Assembly: GCA_002841035.1 (NCBI GenBank)
Contig: PHDR01000001.1
Coordinates: 1-31,855, forward strand
Direction of reading: 5' to 3'
Source of the DNA: Bacteroidetes bacterium HGW-Bacteroidetes-12
Lineage (GTDB): Bacteria; Bacteroidota; Bacteroidia; Flavobacteriales_E; Vicingaceae
DNA: 31,855 bases
The notes beneath the pieces are model-generated. The model was not told the origin of the DNA and did no database searches. It saw nothing but the letters and a program-made list of their open reading frames with translations. This document shows, in pieces, positions 7,001-15,800 of this stretch. The first letter of the stretch is position 1. Each line of letters opens with the position of its first letter. A program made the translations under genes and the position numbers.

Positions 7001-8664
7001 ATATCGTTTTCCAATTGCTCGTGAGCATCTTTAAAATAATCCCAACGTTTGCCAAATACATTTCTAACGCCACCTAAAATGGTGGCATCGCTCATTTGCA
7101 GTCCTTGTTGTAAATAGGGTAAAATATTTTTAATTGCTTTTAACGAAACATTAGAATAACCTTCTTTTAGATTGATTTTATCAACTTTTTCAATGTCTTT
7201 TTCTGCTAAACCAAAATCTTTTTTTAGTTTTTCTATTAGATTGTCGCTGTCTTCAAAAAAATGAAAACAATGCCAAATTTCTTCCTTGTTTGCTTCATAA
7301 ATTTCTTTGGAAAATAATGTACTTAAATGTTTAGTAGTAGAATTAGCTGCTACTTTTTGGTCGTCCGAATAATTCCATTTTTCATATTCCATTTTTAATT
7401 TTTTCGGAATTTCCGAAAAATTGAAATTACTGTCTTTTGAATTAATTAACTCTAATACTTGAAGTCGTTGTGTTTCTTCTAATTTCTGTTTTTTACCATA
7501 CTCAATGTTGTTGATGTATTGATACGCTCTAAATTCTTCATACAGAGGATGTGATAAATGGCAAGGCGTTTTTCCTCTTTGTAAATATTTGCCATTTTTA
7601 TCCTTAAAATCAGGCTCGAACCTACATTTTGCCAACAAGCCTTTTTGCGAACGCAATGGTCGCTGCCAAAATAGCACACTGTCTTGGCTTTTATGCTTCA
7701 CGTTTCCCTCATCATCGTGTTCAATTTTACCACCTAAAAATATTTTTAGTGGAACATTGGTTGTTGTAGTTACTTTATAAAGTGTTTTTTTACTTTTCCC
7801 GTCTTTTAACTCTTCAATTTTTACATTTTCAACACCATACTTATTTTGAAGGTTTTCAATTTTCTTTTTGTTCCTGTTATTTTTAAGACTTCCATTTAAA
7901 AATTGGATTTTTGTTTTTGTTGCGTTTTTGTCATCTAATCCTAAGGCTTTAGCTTGTCTGTTCCAAATTTGGTCAAATTCTTCCACATACATATCTCGCA
8001 AGGTGTATCTTGCTCTAACTCGGAGTTCATTGCCATTTTCATCGGTAATTAACTTAAAAGGTTCTCCTTCTTTCGGAAAAATTGAATGTAGAAAACTACC
8101 TAGGGTTTTTTCTGAAATTTGTTTTTGGGTATCTTTAATGCCAACCATTCCTGGTTTTCCTTTGTATATTGCTCCATCGTCTTTTCCTTTCCTATTACTC
8201 AAAAATCCTCTTCGCTGTATTAAATGATATAACACACGTCCCATTTGAAAAAGAGTCAAATCTTCATATAAAGCCTTTTCTCTTAAAACATAAGGATTTA
8301 GTCTGTGCCATTCTTCATAATTGGGTGAATCTGGTGCTTTTCTGCCTGCTTTTCCTTTTGTTTTCTCCCATTTCGCCCAAACATCTAACTCTAAATGAGT
8401 TAATGGACACATTTTTAAGTCAATTAATGTTCTAAGCAATTTTATTTTCCGAAGTCGTTTTCTGTAAAATTGTCGTCTTTGTTGCCTACTAGTTCTTCGG
8501 GAAGCATTTTTTGATTCTTCTTTATCTCCTTTTCCTATTGTATCAGCTTTTACTCCTTCTGGAAATATCCTACTTCCAATACCAAGTATTTTATTGTTTG
8601 TATCATCCACCACTGCCCACCCAATGCTGTTAGTTCCTAAATCTAATCCTAAAATTTTGCTCAT
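4045..8664 (-). CDS. cas9: Type II-C CRISPR endonuclease Cas9, 1539 aa, with large insertions
   Basis: RuvC-I LGLDLGTNSIGWA (D8), Arg-rich bridge helix, RuvC-II VELGRE (E650), HNH QIEHIIP...ANKTLC...FNGLKGN (H736), RuvC-III DHRHHAIDA (H1174, D1177). No csn2 or cas4 nearby. Confidence 0.99.
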   Translation of the reverse strand: MSKILGLDLGTNSIGWAVVDDTNNKILGIGSRIFPEGVKADTIGKGDKEESKNASRRTSRQQRRQFYRKRLRKIKLLRTLIDLKMCPLTHLELDVWAKWEKTKGKAGRKAPDSPNYEEWHRLNPYVLREKALYEDLTLFQMGRVLYHLIQRRGFLSNRKGKDDGAIYKGKPGMVGIKDTQKQISEKTLGSFLHSIFPKEGEPFKLITDENGNELRVRARYTLRDMYVEEFDQIWNRQAKALGLDDKNATKTKIQFLNGSLKNNRNKKKIENLQNKYGVENVKIEELKDGKSKKTLYKVTTTTNVPLKIFLGGKIEHDDEGNVKHKSQDSVLFWQRPLRSQKGLLAKCRFEPDFKDKNGKYLQRGKTPCHLSHPLYEEFRAYQYINNIEYGKKQKLEETQRLQVLELINSKDSNFNFSEIPKKLKMEYEKWNYSDDQKVAANSTTKHLSTLFSKEIYEANKEEIWHCFHFFEDSDNLIEKLKKDFGLAEKDIEKVDKINLKEGYSNVSLKAIKNILPYLQQGLQMSDATILGGVRNVFGKRWDYFKDAHEQLENDILKINHEKNNKEGEAIQKIKNYLADPENKFGFLKDDKSFIKLYHHSQEIEEKQLQDRLDAVENLRNPIVQQGINETRRLVNQLIGEYGKFDRIQVELGREVKNSKKGRQEQTRRIYDNTTKNDEARKLLTEYGLKHDRENIQKVLLYKEMQEKGVTTVCPYTNKSINISDVLGRENKIQIEHIIPKSVSLDDGFANKTLCDAKFNGLKGNLTPYQFYLKNSDSKLWGGATSWEDVEQRAYKVLPYPKAKRFTSKIKVEDADVKSSFIERQLNDMRYISRKTKEIMSQVCEDVRVLPGGLTAELRHLWGLNNILQPVMLVDLPDYKLEAGKSIPHYVVMDENNKPVLTLPIYNDKPKLGENETTITGKVEKGVFKTSEQFVKLEVKTPELVNGEYWLNLKLSEPKQIIRIFRERPETSENEIVLRGKVEKEKFKNEGIGLVTAKGFDNGSYWAKFTITNKKFEAPEKDKQPKKSGKQVLLFGEVKEGFFKSYIYSCETNELDGKYWLLLDIDTENASFERAINERPIVSDAKIIVEGSVNDEGIFVSEIDAQHQFKTNEKPGKYWFVFDILNELTDFNAIEQPKPLLQEKQTLVEGNIWVDKYTGEIKFDPKKNRDDHRHHAIDALVIALSKQSYFQQLSAYNAARDAKKKLNSFEKEQLDFPDPWNGFHTDAKKEAEKILISHKQNRKVLTEVRKKITKNGKTFTSVGNAVRGQLHKENVYGKRQAPFETTKGYHIRKKVVDLKDNQLDKIVDLEIRKIIINARKEEVTIKKHIDVLEKQKKKVHSDEEETALNNQIQDLKKQIDLLYTLKNKNGERVPIKKVRIREEMSNAQQVKEINQFVNPRNNHHVLIYKKENGDLDKDVVSFWTAVERIKQNNEIVQLPSDGVEVVETFQENDMFLLFLEKDRNIEDLNQKEIFSHLFKVQKIAGADYFMEICFRRHTDSKISTEADYVYIKGFREGKTGWYSFNPIKVQITPTGKIEKI

Positions 8665-8734
8665 AATGTGTGTGTTTTAAATAAAATCTAAAAATAGGTA
8701 TTTTTTTTATAAAAAAAATGATACTTTTACAGCA

Positions 8735-8827
8735 AGAAAAAAGAATCCTAATCTTTAATCTTATCACAATAAGGCTATATGCCGTAGATGAAAATCTTTA
8801 GTCCCGCTTCGGTGGGACTTTTTTTTT
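8735..8827 (+). ncRNA. tracrRNA (5' end approximate)
   Basis: Anti-repeat 8746-8770 pairs with repeat nt 1-25 (two G-U pairs, a 2x2 U-U loop). It is followed by the nexus AAGGC-UAUAU-GCC, the hairpin AGAU-GAAA-AUCU, and a UUCG-capped hairpin with a U-tract. Confidence 0.93.
8800..8827 (+). terminator. Intrinsic terminator of tracrRNA
   Basis: AGTCCCGC-TTCG-GTGGGACT followed by a run of T. Confidence 0.88.
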
Positions 8828-8829
8828 GT

Positions 8830-8884
8830 GTTCTCGATACGGTTCAACTCCGCTAAAGCTACATTAAACCTACTCGAACGGACA
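8830..8884. repeat. REP-like element
   Basis: 44/55 ungapped identity to 11639-11693 (gttctcgatac...tactcg..c.gaca). Confidence 0.8.
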
Positions 8885-8949
8885 AAAAAACAATATTGAA
8901 ACTTTCCACTAATTTCTATATCTTTATGGTTTATTTTATAAAGATAAAA

Positions 8950-10461
8950 ATGGAAATAATAAATTCTGTATTTTCTTGGCTAATCAAAAAGCGTATTCAT
9001 CAAATGGAACTTTTTATAAAATATCCTATTGATGTTCAAAACGAGCTGCTTCAAAAATTAATTTACGATGCTCGTTTTACCGAGTTCGGAAAACAACACC
9101 ATTTTAGCACCATTTCTACTTATCAAGAATATAAAAATAGCGTACCGTTGCAAGATTATAACGATATAGAAAAAACGATAGTCCGAATAAAACAAGGCGA
9201 ACAAAATATTTTGTGGCATTCCGACCTCAAATGGTTTGCTAAATCATCAGGCACAATAGGCAAAAGCAAATTTATTCCTGTAAGCAAAGAATCGTTAGAA
9301 AACTGCCACTACAAAGGCGGAAAAGATTTGCTGGCAATTTACCATCAAAATCATCCGCAATCGAAATTAATTTTAGGAAAAACCTTGGTTGTTGGTGGCA
9401 GTAGTCAGCTTAATCCGTTTAGCGAAAGTTCCTATTATGGCGATTTATCTGCCATCATTATGAAAAACTTTCCTTTTTGGGTGGAACAGCGTAGGGTGCC
9501 CGAAATGGAAATTGCTTTAATGGAAAATTGGGAAGAAAAAATTGAAAAAATGGCAAACTCCACTTCTCAAGAAGATGTTTCTAACATTTCTGGCGTTCCT
9601 TCTTGGACATTGGTGTTATTAAAACGAATTTTAGAAATTAACAACACAACTAATTTACTTGATGTTTGGCCCAATTTAGAGCTATATATGCACGGAGGAG
9701 TTAATTTTGCTCCCTATAAAAAGCAATTTGAAGACATAATTCCTTCCTCAAAAATGAACTATTATGAAAGTTACAACGCTTCGGAAGGTTTTTTTGGAAT
9801 TCAAGACCAACACAACAGCAATGAAATGCTCTTGATGTTAGATTATGGAATTTTTTATGAATTTATAGCCATTGAAGATGCTCAAAAAGAACAACCTACA
9901 ACAGTTTCGTTAGAAAATGTAATGTTGTATAAAAACTATGAAATGGTAATTACAACCAACGCAGGCTTATGGCGCTATCGGTTGGGCGATACCATTGAAT
10001 TTACTTCTATACATCCATTCAGATTTAAAATTACGGGCAGAACAAAACAGTTTATTAATGCCTTTGGCGAAGAATTAATGATACACAATGCCGAAATTGC
10101 AATTACCGAAGCCTGTAATAAAACACAAGCAATTGTAAAAGACTATACGGTTGCTCCCTTATTTCTTAACTCAACCAATTCGGGCAGGCACCAGTGGTTA
10201 ATTGAATTTGAAAAAAAACCAGCCGACATTACTATTTTTGAATATATGTTAGATGAAACATTAAAAAAATTGAATTCCGATTATGAAGCAAAACGTTTTA
10301 ACGGTATGATTTTGGCTATGCCCGAAGTAATTATTGCACAAGAAAATACGTTTTATAATTGGCTAAAGCAAAAAAACAAACTCGGAGGGCAGCACAAAGT
10401 ACCTCGATTAACAAATAATAGAAAAATAATAGATGAAATTTTAATGCTATTAACAAGATGA
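8950..10461 (+). CDS. GH3 auxin-responsive promoter family protein (acyl-adenylate ligase fold)
   Basis: FAKSSGT, YNASEGFFG, GLWRYRLGD and GGQHKVPRL motifs. The ATG at 8950 is preferred over the TTG at 8896. Confidence 0.9.
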   Translation: MEIINSVFSWLIKKRIHQMELFIKYPIDVQNELLQKLIYDARFTEFGKQHHFSTISTYQEYKNSVPLQDYNDIEKTIVRIKQGEQNILWHSDLKWFAKSSGTIGKSKFIPVSKESLENCHYKGGKDLLAIYHQNHPQSKLILGKTLVVGGSSQLNPFSESSYYGDLSAIIMKNFPFWVEQRRVPEMEIALMENWEEKIEKMANSTSQEDVSNISGVPSWTLVLLKRILEINNTTNLLDVWPNLELYMHGGVNFAPYKKQFEDIIPSSKMNYYESYNASEGFFGIQDQHNSNEMLLMLDYGIFYEFIAIEDAQKEQPTTVSLENVMLYKNYEMVITTNAGLWRYRLGDTIEFTSIHPFRFKITGRTKQFINAFGEELMIHNAEIAITEACNKTQAIVKDYTVAPLFLNSTNSGRHQWLIEFEKKPADITIFEYMLDETLKKLNSDYEAKRFNGMILAMPEVIIAQENTFYNWLKQKNKLGGQHKVPRLTNNRKIIDEILMLLTR

Positions 10462-10530
10462 TAAAATAAAGACAATAAGACGTAAAACTTTAGGAAAGAA
10501 ATGTTGAGTTTTAACTTTACGAACTTAACA

Positions 10531-10594
10531 GATTCTTCACTTCATTTTACTCCATTCGCTTAGGCGAATTGGTAAAATTTTGTTCAGAATGACA
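10531..10594. repeat. REP-like palindromic element (gattcttcac...ttcagaatgaca class)
   Basis: Ends in GAATGAC like the 141-157 element. Inner hairpin attcgc-ttag-gcgaat flanked by ttttac/gtaaaa. Confidence 0.55.
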
Positions 10595-10673
10595 ACAAAA
10601 ACAAAAAATGTGAAACTAAATAACAACTTTATGAACTTTACAAACTTTCTACTTTATAAACTAAAAATGAACA

Positions 10674-11295
10674 ATGAAAAAATATAGCTTACTACTTTTC
10701 TCAATATTAACTCTAAACCTAGTTGCTCAATCGCAAATTTCTATTCCTTTTGCAGGAAAAAGTTTTACAACCGACCAGTTTGGCAATTATTACGAATTTA
10801 GCGATGTTGAGATAAAAAAATATTCCAACAAAGGAAAGTTACTCTACTCATATAGCAATAATTTGCTTGGCGAAATTTCGAGCGTAGATGCTTATAATCC
10901 ACTAAAAATATTAGTCTATTTTAAAGAATTTACAAAAATTATCACACTCGACAACACCCTTTCTCCAACCTCTTCCATTATTGATTTAACTACGTTAGAT
11001 ATTGATGAAACTTCGCTGGTTTGTCGTTCTTATAATGATGGAATTTGGTATTACAACCCCATTCGTTTTGAACTTATACGGAAAGACATAGAGTTGAAAA
11101 CCACTAACAAATCAGTGCAAATAGCTAATTTATTGAACAAAAACATACAACCTAATTTTTTAGTAGAATATAACAATCAAGTATATTTAAACGACCCCAA
11201 AAACGGCACCTGAAAAGATTTTAGCCGTTCGGATAGAACAAAACCTAATTTTTAAACTCACCAAAAGCAAAGAACTTATCATTTCTAAAATTTAA
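10674..11295 (+). pseudogene. Exported hypothetical protein, apparently truncated by an internal deletion and frameshift (main ORF 10674-11213)
   Basis: Signal-peptide-like N-terminus. The ORF stops abruptly at NDPKNGT*. A +1 frame starting at the same point (11209-11295) reads PEKILAVRIEQNLIFKLTKSKELIISKI*, which resembles the family C-terminus as I remember it. Confidence 0.55.
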
Positions 11296-11566
11296 ATTTT
11301 TAATATACTCGAAACCAAAGTGTTTTCATTTCCCGAAAACCCATTTAGTTTCGGTCTATATTATTTCTTAATGTCTTAATATCTAAAGTTTCGGACTTGT
11401 TTTTATGTATTTTTTTTATAATTGCTAGTAGGTGTTGATTTTGTTGGTGTATTCAATTTTTAATGGAAGCATTTTTTGTTCTAATCATAATGTATCACTT
11501 AATTGGAACTGCAAGGCTTTTAACTTTTTCTTTTGTACTACATTGTTTCTGATGGGTCAAAAAAAC

Positions 11567-11693
11567 TGTCACTTCGAGTGTTTTGAGGCACGAAAAACGT
11601 ATCGAGAAGTTGATGGTTTTTTACTCCAATTTTATATTGTTCTCGATACGATTCAATTCCGTTAGCACTCCATTGAGCCTACTCGGACTGACA
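11567..11693. repeat. Inverted REP doublet
   Basis: tgtcacttcgagt...gtatcgagaa (11567-11608) faces gttctcgatac...actcggactgaca (11639-11693). Confidence 0.8.
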
Positions 11694-11823
11694 AAAGAAA
11701 ACGAACAAAATTTACCAAAGGTCGTCCCATACGCTCCTTCATCACACTAATCAGCTACTCCGAAACTTTAGTTAATATTTCAACACCTCCCCTTACCATT
11801 CAACCTCCATTTTTTACCTTTTA

Positions 11824-11851
11824 TGTAACATTTAGTGTAACACATTCGTCT
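11824..11851 (+). promoter_or_regulatory. Putative ECF sigma promoter
   Basis: TGTAAC-N17-CGTCT upstream of the ABC ATPase. Confidence 0.4.
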
Positions 11852-11892
11852 TGTTGTTATTTTTGAGTAATCGTATTGATAAACATTATTTT

Positions 11893-12759
11893 ATGGCAAC
11901 TTTAAAAATTGAAAATCTCACAAAAGTATATCCAAACGGAGTAAAAGCATTAGACAACGTAAGCGTAGAAATTTCTAACGGAATGTTTGGCTTACTTGGT
12001 CCGAATGGAGCAGGAAAATCATCTTTAATGCGCACCTTAGCAACCTTGCAGGAAGCTGATAGTGGTACCGTTTTTTTGAATGAAATAGATGTATTAAACA
12101 ATCCGATAGAACTAAGGAAAACATTGGGTTATTTGCCGCAAGAATTTGGTGTTTATCCAAAAATAACTGCCGAACAATTGCTTAATCATATTGCCATTTT
12201 AAAAGGCATCACCAACGGTAAAGAACGCAAAGAAATGGTGAATTATCTACTTCAAAAAGTAAATTTATACGAGCAACGAAACAAGTCGGTAAAGGGATTT
12301 TCGGGCGGAATGAAACAACGAGTTGGTATTGCTCAGGCATTAATAGGAAATCCGCAATTAATTATAGTAGATGAACCTACGGCAGGATTAGATCCAGGCG
12401 AACGAAATCGTTTTCATAATTTATTGGCAGATGTGGGGCAGGAGGTAATTATTATCCTTTCAACGCACATTGTTGATGATGTGCGAGAATTGTGTTCAAA
12501 AATGGCAATAATGAATTTAGGGCAACTTGTTTTTCACGGTTCGCCAACAGATGTTATACAAGAGCTTAAAGGAAAAGTGTGGCAAAAATCAATAGCACGA
12601 ACTGAGGTAGCCGAATATCAACAAAAATACCAAGTTATTTCCGATAAAATGATAGCAGGAACACCTCTTATACACGTGCTTTCAGAAACCAACCCAAGCA
12701 ATGGATTTGAATTGGTAGAGCCAAATTTAGAAGATGTTTTTTTTACGAAAATAAATTAG
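11893..12759 (+). CDS. ABC transporter ATP-binding protein
   Basis: Walker A GPNGAGKS, signature FSGGMKQR, Walker B IIVDEP, H-loop STH. The ATG at 11893 is preferred. Confidence 0.96.
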   Translation: MATLKIENLTKVYPNGVKALDNVSVEISNGMFGLLGPNGAGKSSLMRTLATLQEADSGTVFLNEIDVLNNPIELRKTLGYLPQEFGVYPKITAEQLLNHIAILKGITNGKERKEMVNYLLQKVNLYEQRNKSVKGFSGGMKQRVGIAQALIGNPQLIIVDEPTAGLDPGERNRFHNLLADVGQEVIIILSTHIVDDVRELCSKMAIMNLGQLVFHGSPTDVIQELKGKVWQKSIARTEVAEYQQKYQVISDKMIAGTPLIHVLSETNPSNGFELVEPNLEDVFFTKIN

Positions 12760-12778
12760 TAGTTAGTAATTAGGGATT

Positions 12779-12832
12779 ACTTTATGACTTTAAGACTTTA
12801 AGACTTTATGACTTTATAAACTTTTAACTTTA
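12779..12832 (+). repeat. ACTTTA(A/T)G short tandem repeat tract
   Basis: About seven 7-9 bp units immediately before the ATG at 12836. Confidence 0.85.
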
Positions 12833-12835
12833 AAA

Positions 12836-15800
12836 ATGTTTACAGAATTTTTCACAAAAGAAATCACAAGTGCGTTAAAACGCCCAATGATTTATATTTT
12901 TTTATTCATAATTACCTTATTGGTTTTTGGTGCTGTGGCTAGCGACAATGTAGTTATTGGCGGTTCGGTTGGTAATGTGTATAAAAATGCTCCGCACGTA
13001 ATAACAACCTATGTATCAATATTAACCATTTTTGGATTAATGATAGCCACTGCTTTTTTTAATAATGCAGCCCTGCGTGATTACGAAAACGATTTTAACG
13101 AAATTTTGTTCTCCACTCCAATTAAAAAATCGGCTTATTTTTTCGGTCGTTTTTTTGGAGCATTAGTGCTATCAACTATTCCATTGTTGGGCGTTTTTTT
13201 AGGTTTTTTATTAGGTGCAGTCATTGGTCCGGCAGCAGGTTGGATCGAACCCGACCGAATAGGGCCGTTTTATTTTAGTTCTTTCGTAAACAATTATTTG
13301 CTACTCATTCTTCCTAATATGTTTTTTGCAGGAGCTATCATTTTTGCAATGGCAAACCAATGGAAAAGCACCGTAATTTCTTTTGTTGGAACATTAATTA
13401 TAATTATTGGATACCTTGTTTCTGGAACGCTTTTATCGGACTTAGAAAATCAAGTATTAGGAGCATTAACCGATATTTTTGGTATGAGAGCTTATAGTGT
13501 TGATGCTCGTTATTTTACGCCTATGGAAAAAAATACTGTTTCTATTGGATTTAGCGGTTGGTTGCTCTACAACAGAATGATTTGGATAAGTGTAGGGATT
13601 TTGATTTTAGCAGTTGCCTATAAACTATTTTCTTTTACCGAAAAACAAAAGAAAACAAAAGAAATTAAACCCGAAAAGAAAACCATCACACAATTTTATT
13701 TGCCAAAAATTAGCCTCAACTTTAATGCAAAAAGCCAACTTACCTTTTTTAATAGTTTCTTTAAAATAAGTCTATTAAGTATCTTAAAAAGCACTACTTA
13801 CAAAATTCTTTTTGTGTTTAGCACCATTCTTATCATCGTAACTTTTTATGGCGGGTTTGAATATTATGGGTTGCACGCTTATCCGCTAACATACAATATG
13901 ATAGAAGACATAAACAATACCACTTCTATTTTTGTTATCATTATACTGGTGTTTTTTAGTGGCGAATTAATTTGGAAAGATAGAAATAGCCACATCAACG
14001 AAGTAATAGATTCCACACCGCATTTTTCAATTGTTTCGTTAATTGCAAAAGCCGTTTCGTTGGTTATTGTTACTTCATTAATCAACTTATTTTTAATATT
14101 AATTGCCCTATTTTACCAATTAATAAATGGCTACACTAATTTAGAACTTTCTGTTTATGCCTTAGATTTTTTATACAACAATTTGCCTAAATACGCTACT
14201 TGGTCTATGGTTTTGCTTTTTATTCAAGTAATAATTAACAATAAATACATTGGTTATTTTATTTCTATTTTATTTCTTTTTTTGTTAGATATTATTTTTT
14301 TAATGCTCGAAATAAATACCAATATGTTTAGAATTGGAGCAACACCAAGTATGACTTACTCTGATATGAATGAATTTGGACCAGCTCTTCCAAGTGTTTT
14401 ATGGTTTAATTTATATTGGTTTTTATTTGGTGTTTTCTGTTTACTTTTAGCGGGTTTGTTTTGGATAAGAGGCACTTCCGAAAGCTTTAAAATAAGAGTT
14501 ACTTCCCTAAAAAAACACCTTAACAAAAACTATACAATAGGAATTAGTAGTGTTTTTATAGCGTTTATTGGCGTTGCCGGATTTTTATACTACAATACGC
14601 AAATTTTAAATCATTACAACACTTCTGACGAAGATGAAAAAGACCAGATTGCTTATGAAACAACCTATAAAAAATACGAAAATAGTCTAATCCCAAAAGT
14701 GGTTGATATAAAATATGATATAGCCATTTATCCTGAAACAAGAAAAGTAGAGGCTAAAATTAAGCTGAAATTAGTAAACAAAACCGCTTTACCTATAGAT
14801 AGTTTACATTTTTCATTAACCAAAAAGTGGAATCAAAAAATATACATCAAAAATGCGAAGCAAGTTTTAAACGATGAAAAATTAGATTACACTATTTATA
14901 AATTAAATAAGGCTTTGTTGCCAAACGATACAATAGCCATTTTAGTAGAAGCAACATACATCAACAAAGGTATTGAAAATGAAGTAAGTAGCCTTGATAT
15001 TATAAAAAACGGAACCTTCTTCAATAATTTTAATATTTTACCCTACATGGGCTACAACGAGGGTGTAGAAATAGCAGATAAAAATACTCGAAAAAAGCAC
15101 AACTTACCCGAAAAAAAACGAATGCCCAAACTAGAAGAAAATTGTGGTGTTAATTGCATGCAAAATTATTTAAGTAATGGCAGAGCCGATTGGGTTACTG
15201 TAGAAACCGTAATATCAACCTCCATAAACCAATTGGCTGTTGCACCTGGTTCATTAATAAAAGAATGGCAAGAAAATAACCGAAATTATTTTAATTACAA
15301 AGTAGATACTATTTCTCAAAATTTCTACTCCTTTATGTCGGCAGAATATCAAGTAGCCCGAAGAAAATGGAAAGGAATAGATTTAGAAGTGTATTATGAT
15401 AAAAAACACACCTACAACACCGAAATTATGCTCGATGCCTTACAAAAATCATTAAGTTACTACACCGAAAATTTTGGTCCTTATTTTCACAAACAAGCCC
15501 GAATTATTGAATTTCCGAGATATTCCACATTTGCACAAGCGTTTCCTGGCACTATGCCCTATTCCGAAGCATTTGGTTTTGTTATCGATTTAAGAGATGC
15601 CGAAAAAAATAATGTAATCGACTTTGTGATTGCTCACGAAATGGCACATCAGTGGTGGGCTCACCAAGTAGTTGGTGCTAATATGCAAGGCGGAACAATG
15701 TTAAGCGAAAGTTTTGCTGAATATTCTGCTTTAATGGTGATGAAAAAAACATTGAACGATTCGTTAAAAATGAAAAACTTTTTAAAATACGATTTAGATA

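Noticed and set aside
5627-8435. Small ORFs inside cas9 (5627-5953, 7479-7679, 7589-7780, 7868-8227, 8169-8435)
   Set aside because: Shadow frames of a long gene, with no recognisable motifs.
4045-8664. Idea that the Cas9 is nuclease-dead or purely regulatory because cas1/cas2 are missing
   Set aside because: D8, E650, H736, H1174 and D1177 and the HNH asparagines are all present.
8896-8949. Upstream TTG extension of the GH3 gene (and likewise 11851-11892 for the ABC ATPase)
   Set aside because: The extensions overlap promoter-like DNA, and recognisable protein sequence begins at the ATGs at 8950 and 11893.
11466-11480. 15-nt match GAAGCATTTTTTGTT to the reverse complement of 171-185
   Set aside because: A few matches of this length are expected by chance in 32 kb of AT-rich DNA.
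11432-11665. 77-aa ORF
   Set aside because: GTG start, low-complexity composition, runs through the REP doublet.
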